A DNA stretch of 64,000 nucleotides from Candidatus Levyibacteriota bacterium (GCA_029260965.1 JAJDCG010000001.1:89221-153220); one strand, 5' to 3'. Positions 10,624 through 20,273 are shown, counted from the stretch's first letter. Notes: generated by a model from the letters alone, not told the origin. Numbers and translations: made by a program.

Positions 10624-11001
10624 ATGGGCAAGGATTCTCAAAAAAAAGTTTTTTCCCCGAATATATCCCGATTTATTACCGAAGAAGGTAAAAATCTAGC
10701 CTTTAGTATGGTTGCAACTATGCTTGTTATAGGCATTTTTGTACAGGGATTGTCTCTGACCCACAATCTAAGTAAGCAAGAAGATGCAAGCAATAGGCAG
10801 AAAGAAATAAGTGCAGAGCTGGATTTTTGGAAGGAATTTATCGGCAAAAACGGTGATTATAGGGATGTTTATTACCGTATGGCTGAACTGGAATATAAGC
10901 TTGGAAATATAAATGAGGCAAGGTTGAATCTAGCAAAAGTAGAGGAGCTTGACCCAAATTTCAAAGATGCAGATGTTTTAGGAGTCAAGATAGAAGAGTA
11001 A
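10624..11001 (+). CDS. Membrane-anchored protein with TPR-like repeat
   Basis: One TM helix; YRDVYYRMAELEYKLG...LDPN TPR-like segment. Confidence 0.7.
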   Translation: MGKDSQKKVFSPNISRFITEEGKNLAFSMVATMLVIGIFVQGLSLTHNLSKQEDASNRQKEISAELDFWKEFIGKNGDYRDVYYRMAELEYKLGNINEARLNLAKVEELDPNFKDADVLGVKIEE

Positions 11002-11004
11002 TAG

Positions 11005-11712
11005 TTATTCTTCTTTTTTGTTTTCTTCTTTATCTCCGCTTTCAGCTGGTTTTTCGCCTTCAGGTTTTACCTCTCCATCCTTGGCCTCGCCTTCCTTACC
11101 TTCGCCTTCTTCACCTTCTGCACCTTCTGCGGGTTCTGGTTCTGGCTCTGGTTCAGGTGCGACAAGTTCTGCTATTTTCACAACTGTCTGGTCAGGAGCT
11201 GTGAGTATTTCTACTCCTTCTGGAGCCTTTAAGTCACCGACTAGTATATGGGCATCAAGCTCAGCTAAATGCTCCACGCTTACTTCAATGTTTTCGGGGA
11301 GTTTGTCGGGTAAAGCTTCAACCTCAACTTCAGATAGTGGTTGAAGAAGAAGGCCGACTTTTTCTGCAACAGCTTTAGCCTCGCCTACAATTGCAAGCGG
11401 AACTGTGGTTTTTACTTTTTCTTTGAGGTTTACCTGGTAAAAGTCAGCATGAAGAGGTGTGTGTGTCTCAAAATCCATTTGAAGGTTTTTGACCAGAACA
11501 GGATGAGTTTTACCGTCAAATTCAAGATCAATAAGTCCTGAATCTCCTGCTTCTTTATGAACGTTTTCAAAGTCAGCAAGCTTTACTTGTAGTGCGGTAG
11601 ACTCAAGACCTTTTCCGTAAACATTGCCTGGGAGAATGCCCTCACGTCTGAGATTTTTTACTTTTTTTCCAAGAATAGTCCTTTTTTCAGCAGTGAGCTT
11701 TGGGTGTTTCAT
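11005..11712 (-). CDS. rplY: 50S ribosomal protein L25/Ctc with acidic tail
   Basis: LRREGILPGNVYG and PLHADFY motifs, C-terminal TL5 domain, Glu-rich tail. Confidence 0.95.
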   Translation of the reverse strand: MKHPKLTAEKRTILGKKVKNLRREGILPGNVYGKGLESTALQVKLADFENVHKEAGDSGLIDLEFDGKTHPVLVKNLQMDFETHTPLHADFYQVNLKEKVKTTVPLAIVGEAKAVAEKVGLLLQPLSEVEVEALPDKLPENIEVSVEHLAELDAHILVGDLKAPEGVEILTAPDQTVVKIAELVAPEPEPEPEPAEGAEGEEGEGKEGEAKDGEVKPEGEKPAESGDKEENKKEE

Positions 11713-11784
11713 GTATTTATGTATTTTACCTTAAATTTTCTGCTAAAACAAGCAATTAGTCTTTTGTCTTTGTATAATGTAGAT

Positions 11785-12300
11785 ATGCGGATACTTGGAA
11801 TAGATCCTGGGATTGGGAGATGTGGATGGGGAATCATAGAAGCAAAAGGCAACAAGCAAATAGCAATAAGCTATGGTTGTATTGAGACTGATAAAGACTT
11901 GCCACTTGATACAAGGCTTGAACAACTTTTTGATCAGGTTACAAAAATTATAAAGACTGAAAAGCCAGAGAGCTTTGCAATAGAGGATCTTTTTTTTAAT
12001 ACCAATGCCAAGACAGCAATGGTGGTTGGACAGGCACGGGGTGTAATTCTCTTGGCAGCGGTTAAGGCTAAGCTTCCGATCGGGATTTATACACCGCTGC
12101 AGGTTAAGATGGCGGTCACAGGTTATGGCAGGGCAGATAAGAATCAAATGGGTCAGATGATAAAAGTTTTATTAAAACTTGATAAAATCCCAAAACTTGA
12201 TGATACAGCAGACGCCTTGGCAGTTGCCATAACACATGCATTTTCAAATAAATTCGAAGCACAAAATAAGAAATCCGAAACGATGTCAAAATACAAATAA
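11785..12300 (+). CDS. ruvC: Holliday junction resolvase RuvC
   Basis: MRILGIDPG, AIEDLFF, GQARG, DDTADALAVA motifs. Confidence 0.96.
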   Translation: MRILGIDPGIGRCGWGIIEAKGNKQIAISYGCIETDKDLPLDTRLEQLFDQVTKIIKTEKPESFAIEDLFFNTNAKTAMVVGQARGVILLAAVKAKLPIGIYTPLQVKMAVTGYGRADKNQMGQMIKVLLKLDKIPKLDDTADALAVAITHAFSNKFEAQNKKSETMSKYK

Positions 12301-12336
12301 TCAAATACAAAAAAAGAACATTCGGATTTCGAATTT
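12250..12336. repeat. Empty copy of the CGAAAT-type heptamer inverted-repeat element, overlapping the ruvC 3' end
   Basis: aaattcgaagcacaaaataagaaatccgaaac ... ttcggatttcgaattt, similar to the arms flanking 12970-13335. Confidence 0.65.
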
Positions 12337-12358
12337 TTAGTGCTATAATCTCAGTAAT

Positions 12359-12931
12359 ATGATTGGTGCTTTAAAAGGAGTTGTTGAACTGAGACAAGAT
12401 CCGACAATTATAATTGATGTGAATGGTGTTGGTTACCGCGTGCTTGTTCCTCTTAGTGTTTCCTCAAAACTAGATGGTTTAGGTTCTAAAATCAAGCTCT
12501 TTACCTACACACATGTCAGGGAAGATGCATTGGAGCTTTATGGCTTTGCTGAGTCAGAAGATTTGAGAGTCTTTGAATATCTGATAAGTGTCAATGGTGT
12601 TGGTTGTCGGACTGCTTTGAATGTTTTTTCAGTGGGGACACGTATGGATATCATGAAGGCAATTACCTCAAATGATGTTAATTTTTTTACATCAGTCCCC
12701 AGACTTGGCAAGAAAAACGCGCAGAAAATAATAATTGAGCTGAAGAATAAAATAGGTGGAGAGGACATAGATCTTTCAGCAGATTCGGGAGATAATGATG
12801 AAGTGATCGGAGCACTTAGATCATTTGGTTATTCAACCAAAGAGGCACAAAGCGCAATTAGTTTATTAAAAGGTGAAGGAGCAACTGTTGAGGAAAAAAT
12901 ACGACTTGCCCTGAAATATTTAGGAAAATAA
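12359..12931 (+). CDS. ruvA: Holliday junction branch migration protein RuvA
   Basis: DVNGVGY, HVREDALELYGF and HhH motifs; lies between ruvC and ruvB. Confidence 0.96.
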   Translation: MIGALKGVVELRQDPTIIIDVNGVGYRVLVPLSVSSKLDGLGSKIKLFTYTHVREDALELYGFAESEDLRVFEYLISVNGVGCRTALNVFSVGTRMDIMKAITSNDVNFFTSVPRLGKKNAQKIIIELKNKIGGEDIDLSADSGDNDEVIGALRSFGYSTKEAQSAISLLKGEGATVEEKIRLALKYLGK

Positions 12932-13400
12932 ACTCGAAAACCGAATATCGAAACTAGAAACAATATCAAATGAGAGAAATAAGAAATTCAAAACTCTATG
13001 ATTTAGAAGATAGGACATTACAGTTTGCAAAAGACAATAGATCGTTTGTCAAACAATTACCAAAAACGATCGGTAATATTGAAGATGGAAAACAACTTGT
13101 GAGATCATCAGGTTCAGTTGGCGCAAATTATATTGAAGCAAACGAATCATTTAGTAAAAAAGATTTTGTATTAAGGACTAAGATTTGCCGTAAAGAGGCA
13201 AAAGAAAGTAGGTATTGGTTAAATTTGGTAGATACAAGTGGTGATACCAAGCTTGAGAAAGAGTGGAAACGCTTAATCCAGGAAGCAACAGAGCTGATGA
13301 ACATTTTTGGTTCAATTATAAGAAAGTCTGAATAGTTTATAATTTTGATAATTTAAGTTTTGTATTTGTTTCGGATTTCGGGTTTCGTGCTTCGAATTTA
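12930..13400 (+). mobile_element. Four-helix-bundle cassette flanked by imperfect heptamer inverted repeats, inserted between ruvA and ruvB
   Basis: Left arm aaactcgaaaaccgaatatcgaaactagaaacaat; right arm tttgtttcggatttcgggtttcgtgcttcgaattt. Confidence 0.7.
12970..13335 (+). CDS. Four helix bundle protein (23S rRNA intervening-sequence protein family)
   Basis: YDLEDRT, QLVRSSGSVGANYIEA, ICRKEAKESRYWL motifs. Confidence 0.93.
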   Translation: MREIRNSKLYDLEDRTLQFAKDNRSFVKQLPKTIGNIEDGKQLVRSSGSVGANYIEANESFSKKDFVLRTKICRKEAKESRYWLNLVDTSGDTKLEKEWKRLIQEATELMNIFGSIIRKSE

Positions 13401-13405
13401 AAGTT

Positions 13406-14446
13406 ATGGATAAGTCTAAAACAAAAGTAAAAGAAGTAAAGGAGGTAACACTTGAAGAGGAAAAACTATTCGTATCCCTCAGGGCTTCTTCCTGGGAGGA
13501 TTTTCATGGTCAGCAGAACATAAAGGCATCGCTTCAGATTGCGATAGAAGCAGCAACCAAAAGAGGTGAGGCAATTGAGCATATCCTTTTGTATGGACCG
13601 CCTGGGCTTGGAAAAACCACGCTTTCTCATATCGTGGCACGGAAAATGAAAGCCAATATCAGGGTCACCTCAGGTCCAGCGCTTGAGCGCTCTGGTGATC
13701 TGGCATCAATTCTGACCAATCTTGAAAAGGGTGACATTTTATTTATTGATGAGATTCACAGGCTCAACCCAACAGTTGAAGAGACACTTTATCCTGCAAT
13801 GGAGGATTTCGCGCTTGATATTGTGCTTGGCAAGGGACCTTCGGCGCGTACTGTCAGGCTTGATCTTCCACAGTTTACGATAATTGGCGCCACAACTCGC
13901 GCAGGACTTCTCTCAGCGCCCCTGAGGGACAGATTTGGAGTAACGCATAGACTCAATTTTTATGAAGCAGAGGAACTTGGAAAAATCATTCAGGAAGCAG
14001 CGGGGAAGCTAAAGGTAAAAATAGATACAGACAGTATAATAGAAATTGCCAAAAGAGCGCGCGGTACACCACGTATTGCTCTCAAGGTTCTCAAAAGAGT
14101 TAGGGATTATGCTCAAGTCAAAGGCGGAGGTCATATTGATTTTGCATCAGCCAAGAAAGCTCTTTCTATGCTTGAGGTTGATGAGAAGGGGCTTGATCCT
14201 CTAGATATTAAATTTCTTCGTGCAATTATTGATAAGCATCATGGAGGTCCTGTTGGGATTGAAACAATTGCATCAACCATTTCTGAAGATAGTGGCACGC
14301 TTGAGGACTTGGTGGAGCCATATCTCATGCAGCTTGGATTTATCAAACGTACATCTCGTGGTCGTGTGGCGACCAAGGCAGCCTACGAGCACTTGGGATT
14401 AACACACCCTGAAGACAAAAGCGGCAAACAGGAAAAGTTGTTATAA
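13406..14446 (+). CDS. ruvB: Holliday junction branch migration helicase RuvB
   Basis: GPPGLGKTT Walker [19 protein letters not shown] motifs. Confidence 0.98.
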   Translation: MDKSKTKVKEVKEVTLEEEKLFVSLRASSWEDFHGQQNIKASLQIAIEAATKRGEAIEHILLYGPPGLGKTTLSHIVARKMKANIRVTSGPALERSGDLASILTNLEKGDILFIDEIHRLNPTVEETLYPAMEDFALDIVLGKGPSARTVRLDLPQFTIIGATTRAGLLSAPLRDRFGVTHRLNFYEAEELGKIIQEAAGKLKVKIDTDSIIEIAKRARGTPRIALKVLKRVRDYAQVKGGGHIDFASAKKALSMLEVDEKGLDPLDIKFLRAIIDKHHGGPVGIETIASTISEDSGTLEDLVEPYLMQLGFIKRTSRGRVATKAAYEHLGLTHPEDKSGKQEKLL

Positions 14447-14470
14447 AAAAGTTGATTGTAGCCAAAAAGC

Positions 14471-15220
14471 TTACCAGCAAAAGACCCAGAGGAAACAAGA
14501 TTTTTGAGGAGCACTGGGCGGGTTTGTGATCGTTTTTTCTTGAGGAGTATTGGTTGGTTTTACTAGTTGTTTATTTCCTTCAACAGGCTTAGCAATGTTT
14601 TTAACAGTGTTTTTTATGTAGTTAAAGCTGATGGCAAGATAGCCAATACTTGCCTGACTCTTGGGATAATACTTGTTTACTGTTTTTGTGTTATTCGCAC
14701 CAGTTTTAATCGTCAAATTATTACTCCAAGGACCTGTCTTGCAGTCATTTGCAGCTCTCACTTTAAATGTATAGATTGTATTGGGCTTAAGAAGGTAAAT
14801 GTCATATTCTAAGGCTCCAGTGCTTTGGCTTAGGGAAAATTCTGCACCATAGCCTTCGCTATTTTTTCCATCACCAAATGAAACATAATATCCTGTATAT
14901 GGGTGTTGGGAAGGTGTGAAAAAAAGCTTGGCAGTAGTTCTGGTTGTGTCTATTTGAAAAAGATCTGGTGGAGATGTTGGAGCTTGTTTTGTGCAAACAC
15001 TGCTTCCGTCACCTGATGAGCCGGAGTTGGATGATCCAGAATTTGATGAGGATATAGGAGTTGGTGTCGGGCATTGATGATTGTATGAACCTCCTCCATA
15101 GGAGCAACCACCATATGTGGAAGCATTCACTTGTTCACTAGTATAAAAAAAACCAAGTAGAAAAAAGACGATAATAAAAAGAAGGTGAATTAAGCTTTTC
15201 AGCTTTATGGTTAGTAACAT
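14471..15220 (-). CDS. Secreted fibronectin type III domain protein
   Basis: Signal peptide (VNA cleavage), YGGCSYGGGSY motif, Ser/Gly linker, LKPNTIYTFKVRAAN FN3 signature, C-terminal CFLWVFCW. Confidence 0.75.
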   Translation of the reverse strand: MLLTIKLKSLIHLLFIIVFFLLGFFYTSEQVNASTYGGCSYGGGSYNHQCPTPTPISSSNSGSSNSGSSGDGSSVCTKQAPTSPPDLFQIDTTRTTAKLFFTPSQHPYTGYYVSFGDGKNSEGYGAEFSLSQSTGALEYDIYLLKPNTIYTFKVRAANDCKTGPWSNNLTIKTGANNTKTVNKYYPKSQASIGYLAISFNYIKNTVKNIAKPVEGNKQLVKPTNTPQEKTITNPPSAPQKSCFLWVFCW

Positions 15221-15239
15221 TTTAGCTCTTGATTTTCAG

Positions 15240-15255
15240 TATATATGCATATATA
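15240..15255. promoter_or_regulatory. Perfect 16-bp palindrome in the divergent FN3/tatA intergenic region
   Basis: tatatatgcatatata; AT-rich, so may be chance. Confidence 0.3.
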
Positions 15256-15280
15256 GTTGATATCAACAGGGGAAATAATT

Positions 15281-15457
15281 ATGTTTGGTATAGGCGTTCA
15301 AGAATTAGTAATAATACTCGTAATCGTACTTTTGCTTTTTGGTGGAAAAAAACTTCCCGAATTGTCAAAGGCTGTTGGTGAGGCAATACGAGACATAAGA
15401 AAAGGCTTTACAGACGATAGTCATAAAGACAATAAAAAAGAAGAGAAAAAGTCTTGA
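15281..15457 (+). CDS. tatA: Twin-arginine translocase subunit TatA/E
   Basis: MFGIGVQELVIILVIVLLLFGGKKLPEL signature. Confidence 0.95.
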   Translation: MFGIGVQELVIILVIVLLLFGGKKLPELSKAVGEAIRDIRKGFTDDSHKDNKKEEKKS

Positions 15458-15479
15458 CGCGCAATACCTGCACCAATTA

Positions 15480-16334
15480 ATGGAATTATCAGTAAAAAAA
15501 GGCTTAACATTTTTGGATCATATTTCCGAGCTACGATCCCGTCTTTTCTGGTCCTTGTTTAGTTTTTTTATAGGTGGAATAATCGGATTTTTATTAAACA
15601 GTCAGATTTTAGCTTTTCTTATCTCTCCTCTTAGTCAGCCACTTTTCTATTCGTCTCCAGCAGGAGGGTTTGATTTTGTTTTTAAGTTAAGTATTTTTTT
15701 TGGTTTTGTTATATCAATCCCTGTTTTTACTTACCATGTTATTAAATTTATAGAACCTGTACTCTCAGAACATTTTCATGTTTTCATCAGTCGTTTATTG
15801 ATTGCATCATGTCTGCTTACAGCAAGCGGTATTTTATTTGCTTATTATCTTAGTCTTCCCGCAGCTCTTCATTTTCTAAATCAATTTGGATCAGATAAGG
15901 TTCGCTCACTAATTTCAGCTACTGAATATTTCTCATTTGTGACGGCGTACATAGCAGGATTTGCAATTTTATTTCAACTCCCGCTTGTTTTATTTCTTAT
16001 CAACCGTGTTACTCCTCTAAAACCTGGACAATTAATGAAAAGACAACAGTATGTAATACTGGTTAGTTTTATAATTGCAGCCATACTTACACCTACGCCA
16101 GATGTTTTAAATCAGACCATAATGGCTCTTCCCCTGATTGGTTTATATCAAGTATCAATTTTAATTATTTGGGTAAGTAATTACATGGCGCATGTTAAAA
16201 AGGAACATGCAGAGGCTGCAAGTGTGTCATCGCGGAGCAGGTTAAACAGGAGTAAGCTTAGAAAGCTTAAGTTTTTTCAAAGTTCAACTAGAAAATTAAA
16301 TTATCAACCATTAATCAAATCATCATACTCGTAA
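15480..16334 (+). CDS. tatC: Twin-arginine translocase subunit TatC
   Basis: FLDHISELRSRL, FQLP, AAILTPTPD motifs, six TM helices. Confidence 0.95.
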   Translation: MELSVKKGLTFLDHISELRSRLFWSLFSFFIGGIIGFLLNSQILAFLISPLSQPLFYSSPAGGFDFVFKLSIFFGFVISIPVFTYHVIKFIEPVLSEHFHVFISRLLIASCLLTASGILFAYYLSLPAALHFLNQFGSDKVRSLISATEYFSFVTAYIAGFAILFQLPLVLFLINRVTPLKPGQLMKRQQYVILVSFIIAAILTPTPDVLNQTIMALPLIGLYQVSILIIWVSNYMAHVKKEHAEAASVSSRSRLNRSKLRKLKFFQSSTRKLNYQPLIKSSYS

Positions 16335-16338
16335 GATA

Positions 16339-16539
16339 ATGACAAATCCTATTAAAAATATTTTAAATAAAGAAATGAGCAGAAAAGATTTTCTGAGTTA
16401 TTCAGGCATGACTTTATTATCCTTTACAGGAGCTCTGACTATCCTGGGAAAGCTTGAAGATGCAGATCTTCTTAAATTCTACAAAAAACAAACAGTTGGT
16501 TTCGGGTCAGGAAGCTATGGTGGAAAGGAGAAAACATAA
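16339..16539 (+). CDS. Small protein with Tat-like signal (SRKDFL) and C-terminal GFGSGSYGG motif
   Basis: 66-aa ORF between tatC and the next gene (TAATG overlap); SRKDFL followed by a hydrophobic helix. Confidence 0.8.
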   Translation: MTNPIKNILNKEMSRKDFLSYSGMTLLSFTGALTILGKLEDADLLKFYKKQTVGFGSGSYGGKEKT

Positions 16540-18365
16540 TGGCACGATTACCAATACCAGGTTCAGATGATGGAACATGGGGAGATGTGCTCAATGATTT
16601 TTTATCTCAAGAGCATAATTCAGACGGAACACACAATGGAGTAAATGCAGGCTCACTCAAGACCACAGGGGCATCAGTTGTTATTTCAGGTGCAGATGCG
16701 CCAACTACTGGACAAGTTCTCAAAGCAACCAGCGCAACAGTTGCAAGTTGGCAAACGTTGAGCTCAGTTGGAACACCTGAAGTTTTAATTGCTGCTACAA
16801 ACACCGCCCAGGATATAAAAGATGTAGCAGATTATACATGCGATGGAGTCAATGATGAAGTACAGATCAATGCGGCTATTACAAGTCTTGTAACTCTTGG
16901 AGGAAGGGTAGTTCTTAGTTATGGAACTTTTACTGTCTCAGACGAGATTTTGATGAAAACAGGGGTAGAAATATCAGGGCAAGGTCCTGGGACACATGTG
17001 AAAGCATCAGGTTTTTCAGCTGGAAAAGCAATGTTTCGTCTAGCTGATGTCAATGTGCATGCTACAGGAATTTATGACATGTTAATAGATGGAAATTTTT
17101 CGGCTGGTGGAGCGGTTGCTGGTATTGATTATGATAATACAGGTGGCGTTTTTACTGGAGGTGCAATCAGTACTAATTCAGATTGCGCTCATCGTCTGCA
17201 ACGTTTGATTGTCCGAAATACAGGATCAGCTGCGACACCTCGTTATGGTTTTCGTAATATTGGTTCATTTGCGTCAAATTTTGTTAGTGACATTCGTTTT
17301 CAGCAGTGTCGTAATGGCGTATATGTTGACAGTCCAGATTCTTTTTATAGCAATCTTGAAATTTCCTCTGCTGATGGAGTGGGTTTTACTATAGCAGGCG
17401 CCAATAATCGTATCGTCAATTCCAAAGCATATTTTAATGCAACCGATGGATTTCTGATTACTGCCGGACGTAATACGTTGACTGGATGCGAGGCTCAGGA
17501 TAATGGACGTTGGGGATTGAACTTAACTGCTGGGGATTGCAATATCGCTGGGTTTATGGCTGACTCAAATCAGAAAAATGATAATTCAGGTGGTGGTGTG
17601 CTGATTGCAAGTAGTGGGAATAATTTGATTGGACTTGATATTTTTGATCGGGCCCCATCTGGTCATACGTTTCCACAAACAAGAGGTGTGTCATTTTCTG
17701 GTACAAGAACTAATAATGTCGTCATAGGTAGAGTTCATGTGCCTAGTGGCACAAACTATGTTGAAGGCATTACATCTGGTGCCAGCAATTTAATTGAAAT
17801 TGTTACCAAACAAGGTAGTACCGCACAATCGTTAACAACAACTCGTATTAACGCTCAGGACACAAAACCTACTGGTGCTTTATTTCAAAATTTTGATCGA
17901 CAACTAGCAGGTAATACGGCTATTGCTCCTACTTCGGGTACTATGCGACTGGTATCTATTTGGTTACCAGCTGGCACTCTAGTAACATCAGCTACTTTTT
18001 GTGCAGGTACAACTGCCATGTCTGGTGGTACACATGGATGGGCTGCTCTATATGATTCTTCACTTGCTTTAGTTGGATCTCAATCAGCAAATGACACAGG
18101 AATTACGTGGGCAGCTAATGCAGCAAAAACTTTTACGTTTGGCTCTACTTATACTACGACCTACACAGGACTGTATTATGTTGGGCTTTTAATGGTTGCA
18201 AGTACTATGCCAACAATGTGTGGTCAAACAATTGGCATTGGGATATCGGGCATGGCGCCTGCAATGGGGGGGAACTCAACTACAAGTCTGACAACTACAG
18301 CGCCTAACCCTGCTGCTGCAATTTCTGGAGGTACTGCAGGCATGATCTACTGTTATGTTGGTTAA
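16539..18365 (+). CDS. Right-handed beta-helix (pectate-lyase/tailspike-like) protein with N-terminal MARLP module
   Basis: ADYTCDGVNDEVQINAAI..GGRVVLS.GTF beta-helix cap, Asn/Gly-rich repeats (AQDNG..G), phage-like C-terminal domain; no classical signal peptide. Confidence 0.8.
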   Translation: MARLPIPGSDDGTWGDVLNDFLSQEHNSDGTHNGVNAGSLKTTGASVVISGADAPTTGQVLKATSATVASWQTLSSVGTPEVLIAATNTAQDIKDVADYTCDGVNDEVQINAAITSLVTLGGRVVLSYGTFTVSDEILMKTGVEISGQGPGTHVKASGFSAGKAMFRLADVNVHATGIYDMLIDGNFSAGGAVAGIDYDNTGGVFTGGAISTNSDCAHRLQRLIVRNTGSAATPRYGFRNIGSFASNFVSDIRFQQCRNGVYVDSPDSFYSNLEISSADGVGFTIAGANNRIVNSKAYFNATDGFLITAGRNTLTGCEAQDNGRWGLNLTAGDCNIAGFMADSNQKNDNSGGGVLIASSGNNLIGLDIFDRAPSGHTFPQTRGVSFSGTRTNNVVIGRVHVPSGTNYVEGITSGASNLIEIVTKQGSTAQSLTTTRINAQDTKPTGALFQNFDRQLAGNTAIAPTSGTMRLVSIWLPAGTLVTSATFCAGTTAMSGGTHGWAALYDSSLALVGSQSANDTGITWAANAAKTFTFGSTYTTTYTGLYYVGLLMVASTMPTMCGQTIGIGISGMAPAMGGNSTTSLTTTAPNPAAAISGGTAGMIYCYVG

Positions 18366-18440
18366 GCCTTATTAAGATCGGGACTCCAACACGCTTAATA
18401 TTTTAGCGAACATAAATATATATAGATAAATAAATTAATA

Positions 18441-18736
18441 ATGGCACGATTACCAATACCAGGTTCAGATGATGGAACATGGGGAGACACCCTTAACGAA
18501 TTCTTATTAGTTGAGCACAACTCTGATGGCAGTCGAGATAATGCTAATACGAGCTTGGGGGTTTAGCCTTTATAGGTGGATCAAGTGCTACTGAGCCTCC
18601 AATCAGCTCAGCGGTTTGGGTGACAAATGCATTGGTTGTGCCAAGTGGTACGACCAAAGTCAGACTAATTGATTTTTTTAAGGGTGCAGGAACTGTTAGA
18701 ATTGGGCGAATGTGTATTAGAAAATCCGGAACTTAG
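18441..18736 (+). pseudogene. Internally deleted paralog of the MARLP-module protein
   Basis: First 47 nt identical to 16539-16585; reads MARLPIPGSDDGTWGDTLNEFLLVEHNSDG to a stop at 18566; another frame continues GLAFIGG...VVPSGTTKVRL...GTVRIGRMCIRK to 18736. Confidence 0.75.
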
Positions 18737-18740
18737 TTTT

Positions 18741-20273
18741 TTAGTACAAACTATCAGTTTTTGGTCTGTATTGTAGCGCTTCAGCAATATGGTTAGGTTT
18801 GATCTCAGAATTTCCCTCTAGATCAGCTATGGTGCGTGCGAGCTTGATCATTCGATAGTAAGATCTACCTGATAAATTCATCTTGCTGACTGCAACACGC
18901 AGGAGATTTACACACTCTTCTGTTAGTGCGCAAAAAACTTTTATATCCCTGTTAGTCAGTTCAGCATTTGATGCAATGTTTGATTTTTTATATCGCTTGA
19001 TCTGTTTGTTTCGTGCAGCCTGTACTCTTTTTCTGATGCTTTTAGAGTCTTCAATTGAACCTGAATCTGCTTCAGTTAGTTTTTCTACCTTTACAGCTGG
19101 AACCTCGATATGAATATCAATTCTATCAAGAAGCGGTCCTGAGACCTTTTTTTGATAACGAAGGATTTGTGACGGCGCGCAGCTGCAGGGTTTTTGTTTA
19201 TCCCCAAGATATCCACAAGGGCAAGGATTCTGAGCTGCAACAAGCATGAATTTGGCTGGAAAAGTTACCTTGCCTTTGGATCTGGAGACAGAAACAATAT
19301 TGTCCTCAATTGGTTGCCTGAGACTTTCAAGCACGCTGCGTGGGAATTCAGGAAATTCGTCAAGAAAGAGTACTCCGCGATGGGCAAGTGTGATTTCGCC
19401 TGGTTTTGGATGAGAGCCACCACCTATGAGACCAACCAGGGAGGTTGTGTGGTGGGGTGATCTGAAAGGACGGGTTTTGACCATTGCATCTTTACCCAGA
19501 AGACCTGCGATTGAGTAAATTTTAGTGACTTCAATCATTTCATCAAACGTAAGATCTGGAAGAATTGATGGAAAGGATCTAGCCAAAAGCGTTTTTCCAG
19601 CGCCAGGCGGGCCCTTCATTAAAATATTGTGCCCACCTGCTGCTGCTATTTCAAGCGCTCTTTTGGTTTGTTGTTGGCCTTTTATTTCACGCATATCATA
19701 CTCAAAGCTCGTGTTTGAATTTTGGCTAGAAAACCTGAGGGGCTTTATGGGCTTTATTGCAGTTAGATTTGCTAGATGTTGATAAATCTCTTTAAGTGTG
19801 CTGACAGGATAAATATCAAGCTTTGTGACAATTGCTGCTTCGCGAGCATTTTCTGAGGGCAGGAAAAGTCTTTTGTATTTTTTATCTTTGGCCAATATTG
19901 CTTGATTTAGTGCCCCGTTTATGGAACGCACACGTCCATCAAGTGAAAGCTCGCCTGTGAAAATCGCATCATTAGCATCAGTTACGAGTTGGCCAGATGC
20001 CATCAGTATTCCAAGGGCAATTGGCAAATCATAAGACGCGCCTTCTTTTGGTAGATCCGCTGGCGCGAGATTAACTGTTATTTTTTTGGCAGGAAATTCA
20101 GCGCCTGTGTTTTTGATAGCAGATCGCACTCGTTCTTTGGCCTCATCAACTGATTTATCAGGAAGCCCAACAATGGTAAATGAGGGAAGTCCCATGGAAG
20201 CTATATCCACCTCTACCTCAATCGGTACAGCCTCAAGTCCGATAACAGCAGCGGAAATGACTTTTGCCAGCAT
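18741..20273 (-). CDS. comM: YifB/ComM Mg-chelatase-like AAA ATPase
   Basis: ITVNLAPAD, GPPGAGKT, RPFRSPHHT, LFLDEFPEF, NPCPCG motifs. Confidence 0.93.
   Translation of the reverse strand: MLAKVISAAVIGLEAVPIEVEVDIASMGLPSFTIVGLPDKSVDEAKERVRSAIKNTGAEFPAKKITVNLAPADLPKEGASYDLPIALGILMASGQLVTDANDAIFTGELSLDGRVRSINGALNQAILAKDKKYKRLFLPSENAREAAIVTKLDIYPVSTLKEIYQHLANLTAIKPIKPLRFSSQNSNTSFEYDMREIKGQQQTKRALEIAAAGGHNILMKGPPGAGKTLLARSFPSILPDLTFDEMIEVTKIYSIAGLLGKDAMVKTRPFRSPHHTTSLVGLIGGGSHPKPGEITLAHRGVLFLDEFPEFPRSVLESLRQPIEDNIVSVSRSKGKVTFPAKFMLVAAQNPCPCGYLGDKQKPCSCAPSQILRYQKKVSGPLLDRIDIHIEVPAVKVEKLTEADSGSIEDSKSIRKRVQAARNKQIKRYKKSNIASNAELTNRDIKVFCALTEECVNLLRVAVSKMNLSGRSYYRMIKLARTIADLEGNSEIKPNHIAEALQYRPKTDSLY

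Noticed and set aside
11018-11344. Ser/Pro-rich plus-strand ORF and other short overlapping ORFs in the track
   Set aside because: Antisense or out-of-frame shadows of well-supported genes (here rplY)
16539-18365. Tailspike-like gene as a prophage remnant
   Set aside because: No other phage genes; it is coupled to the tat operon
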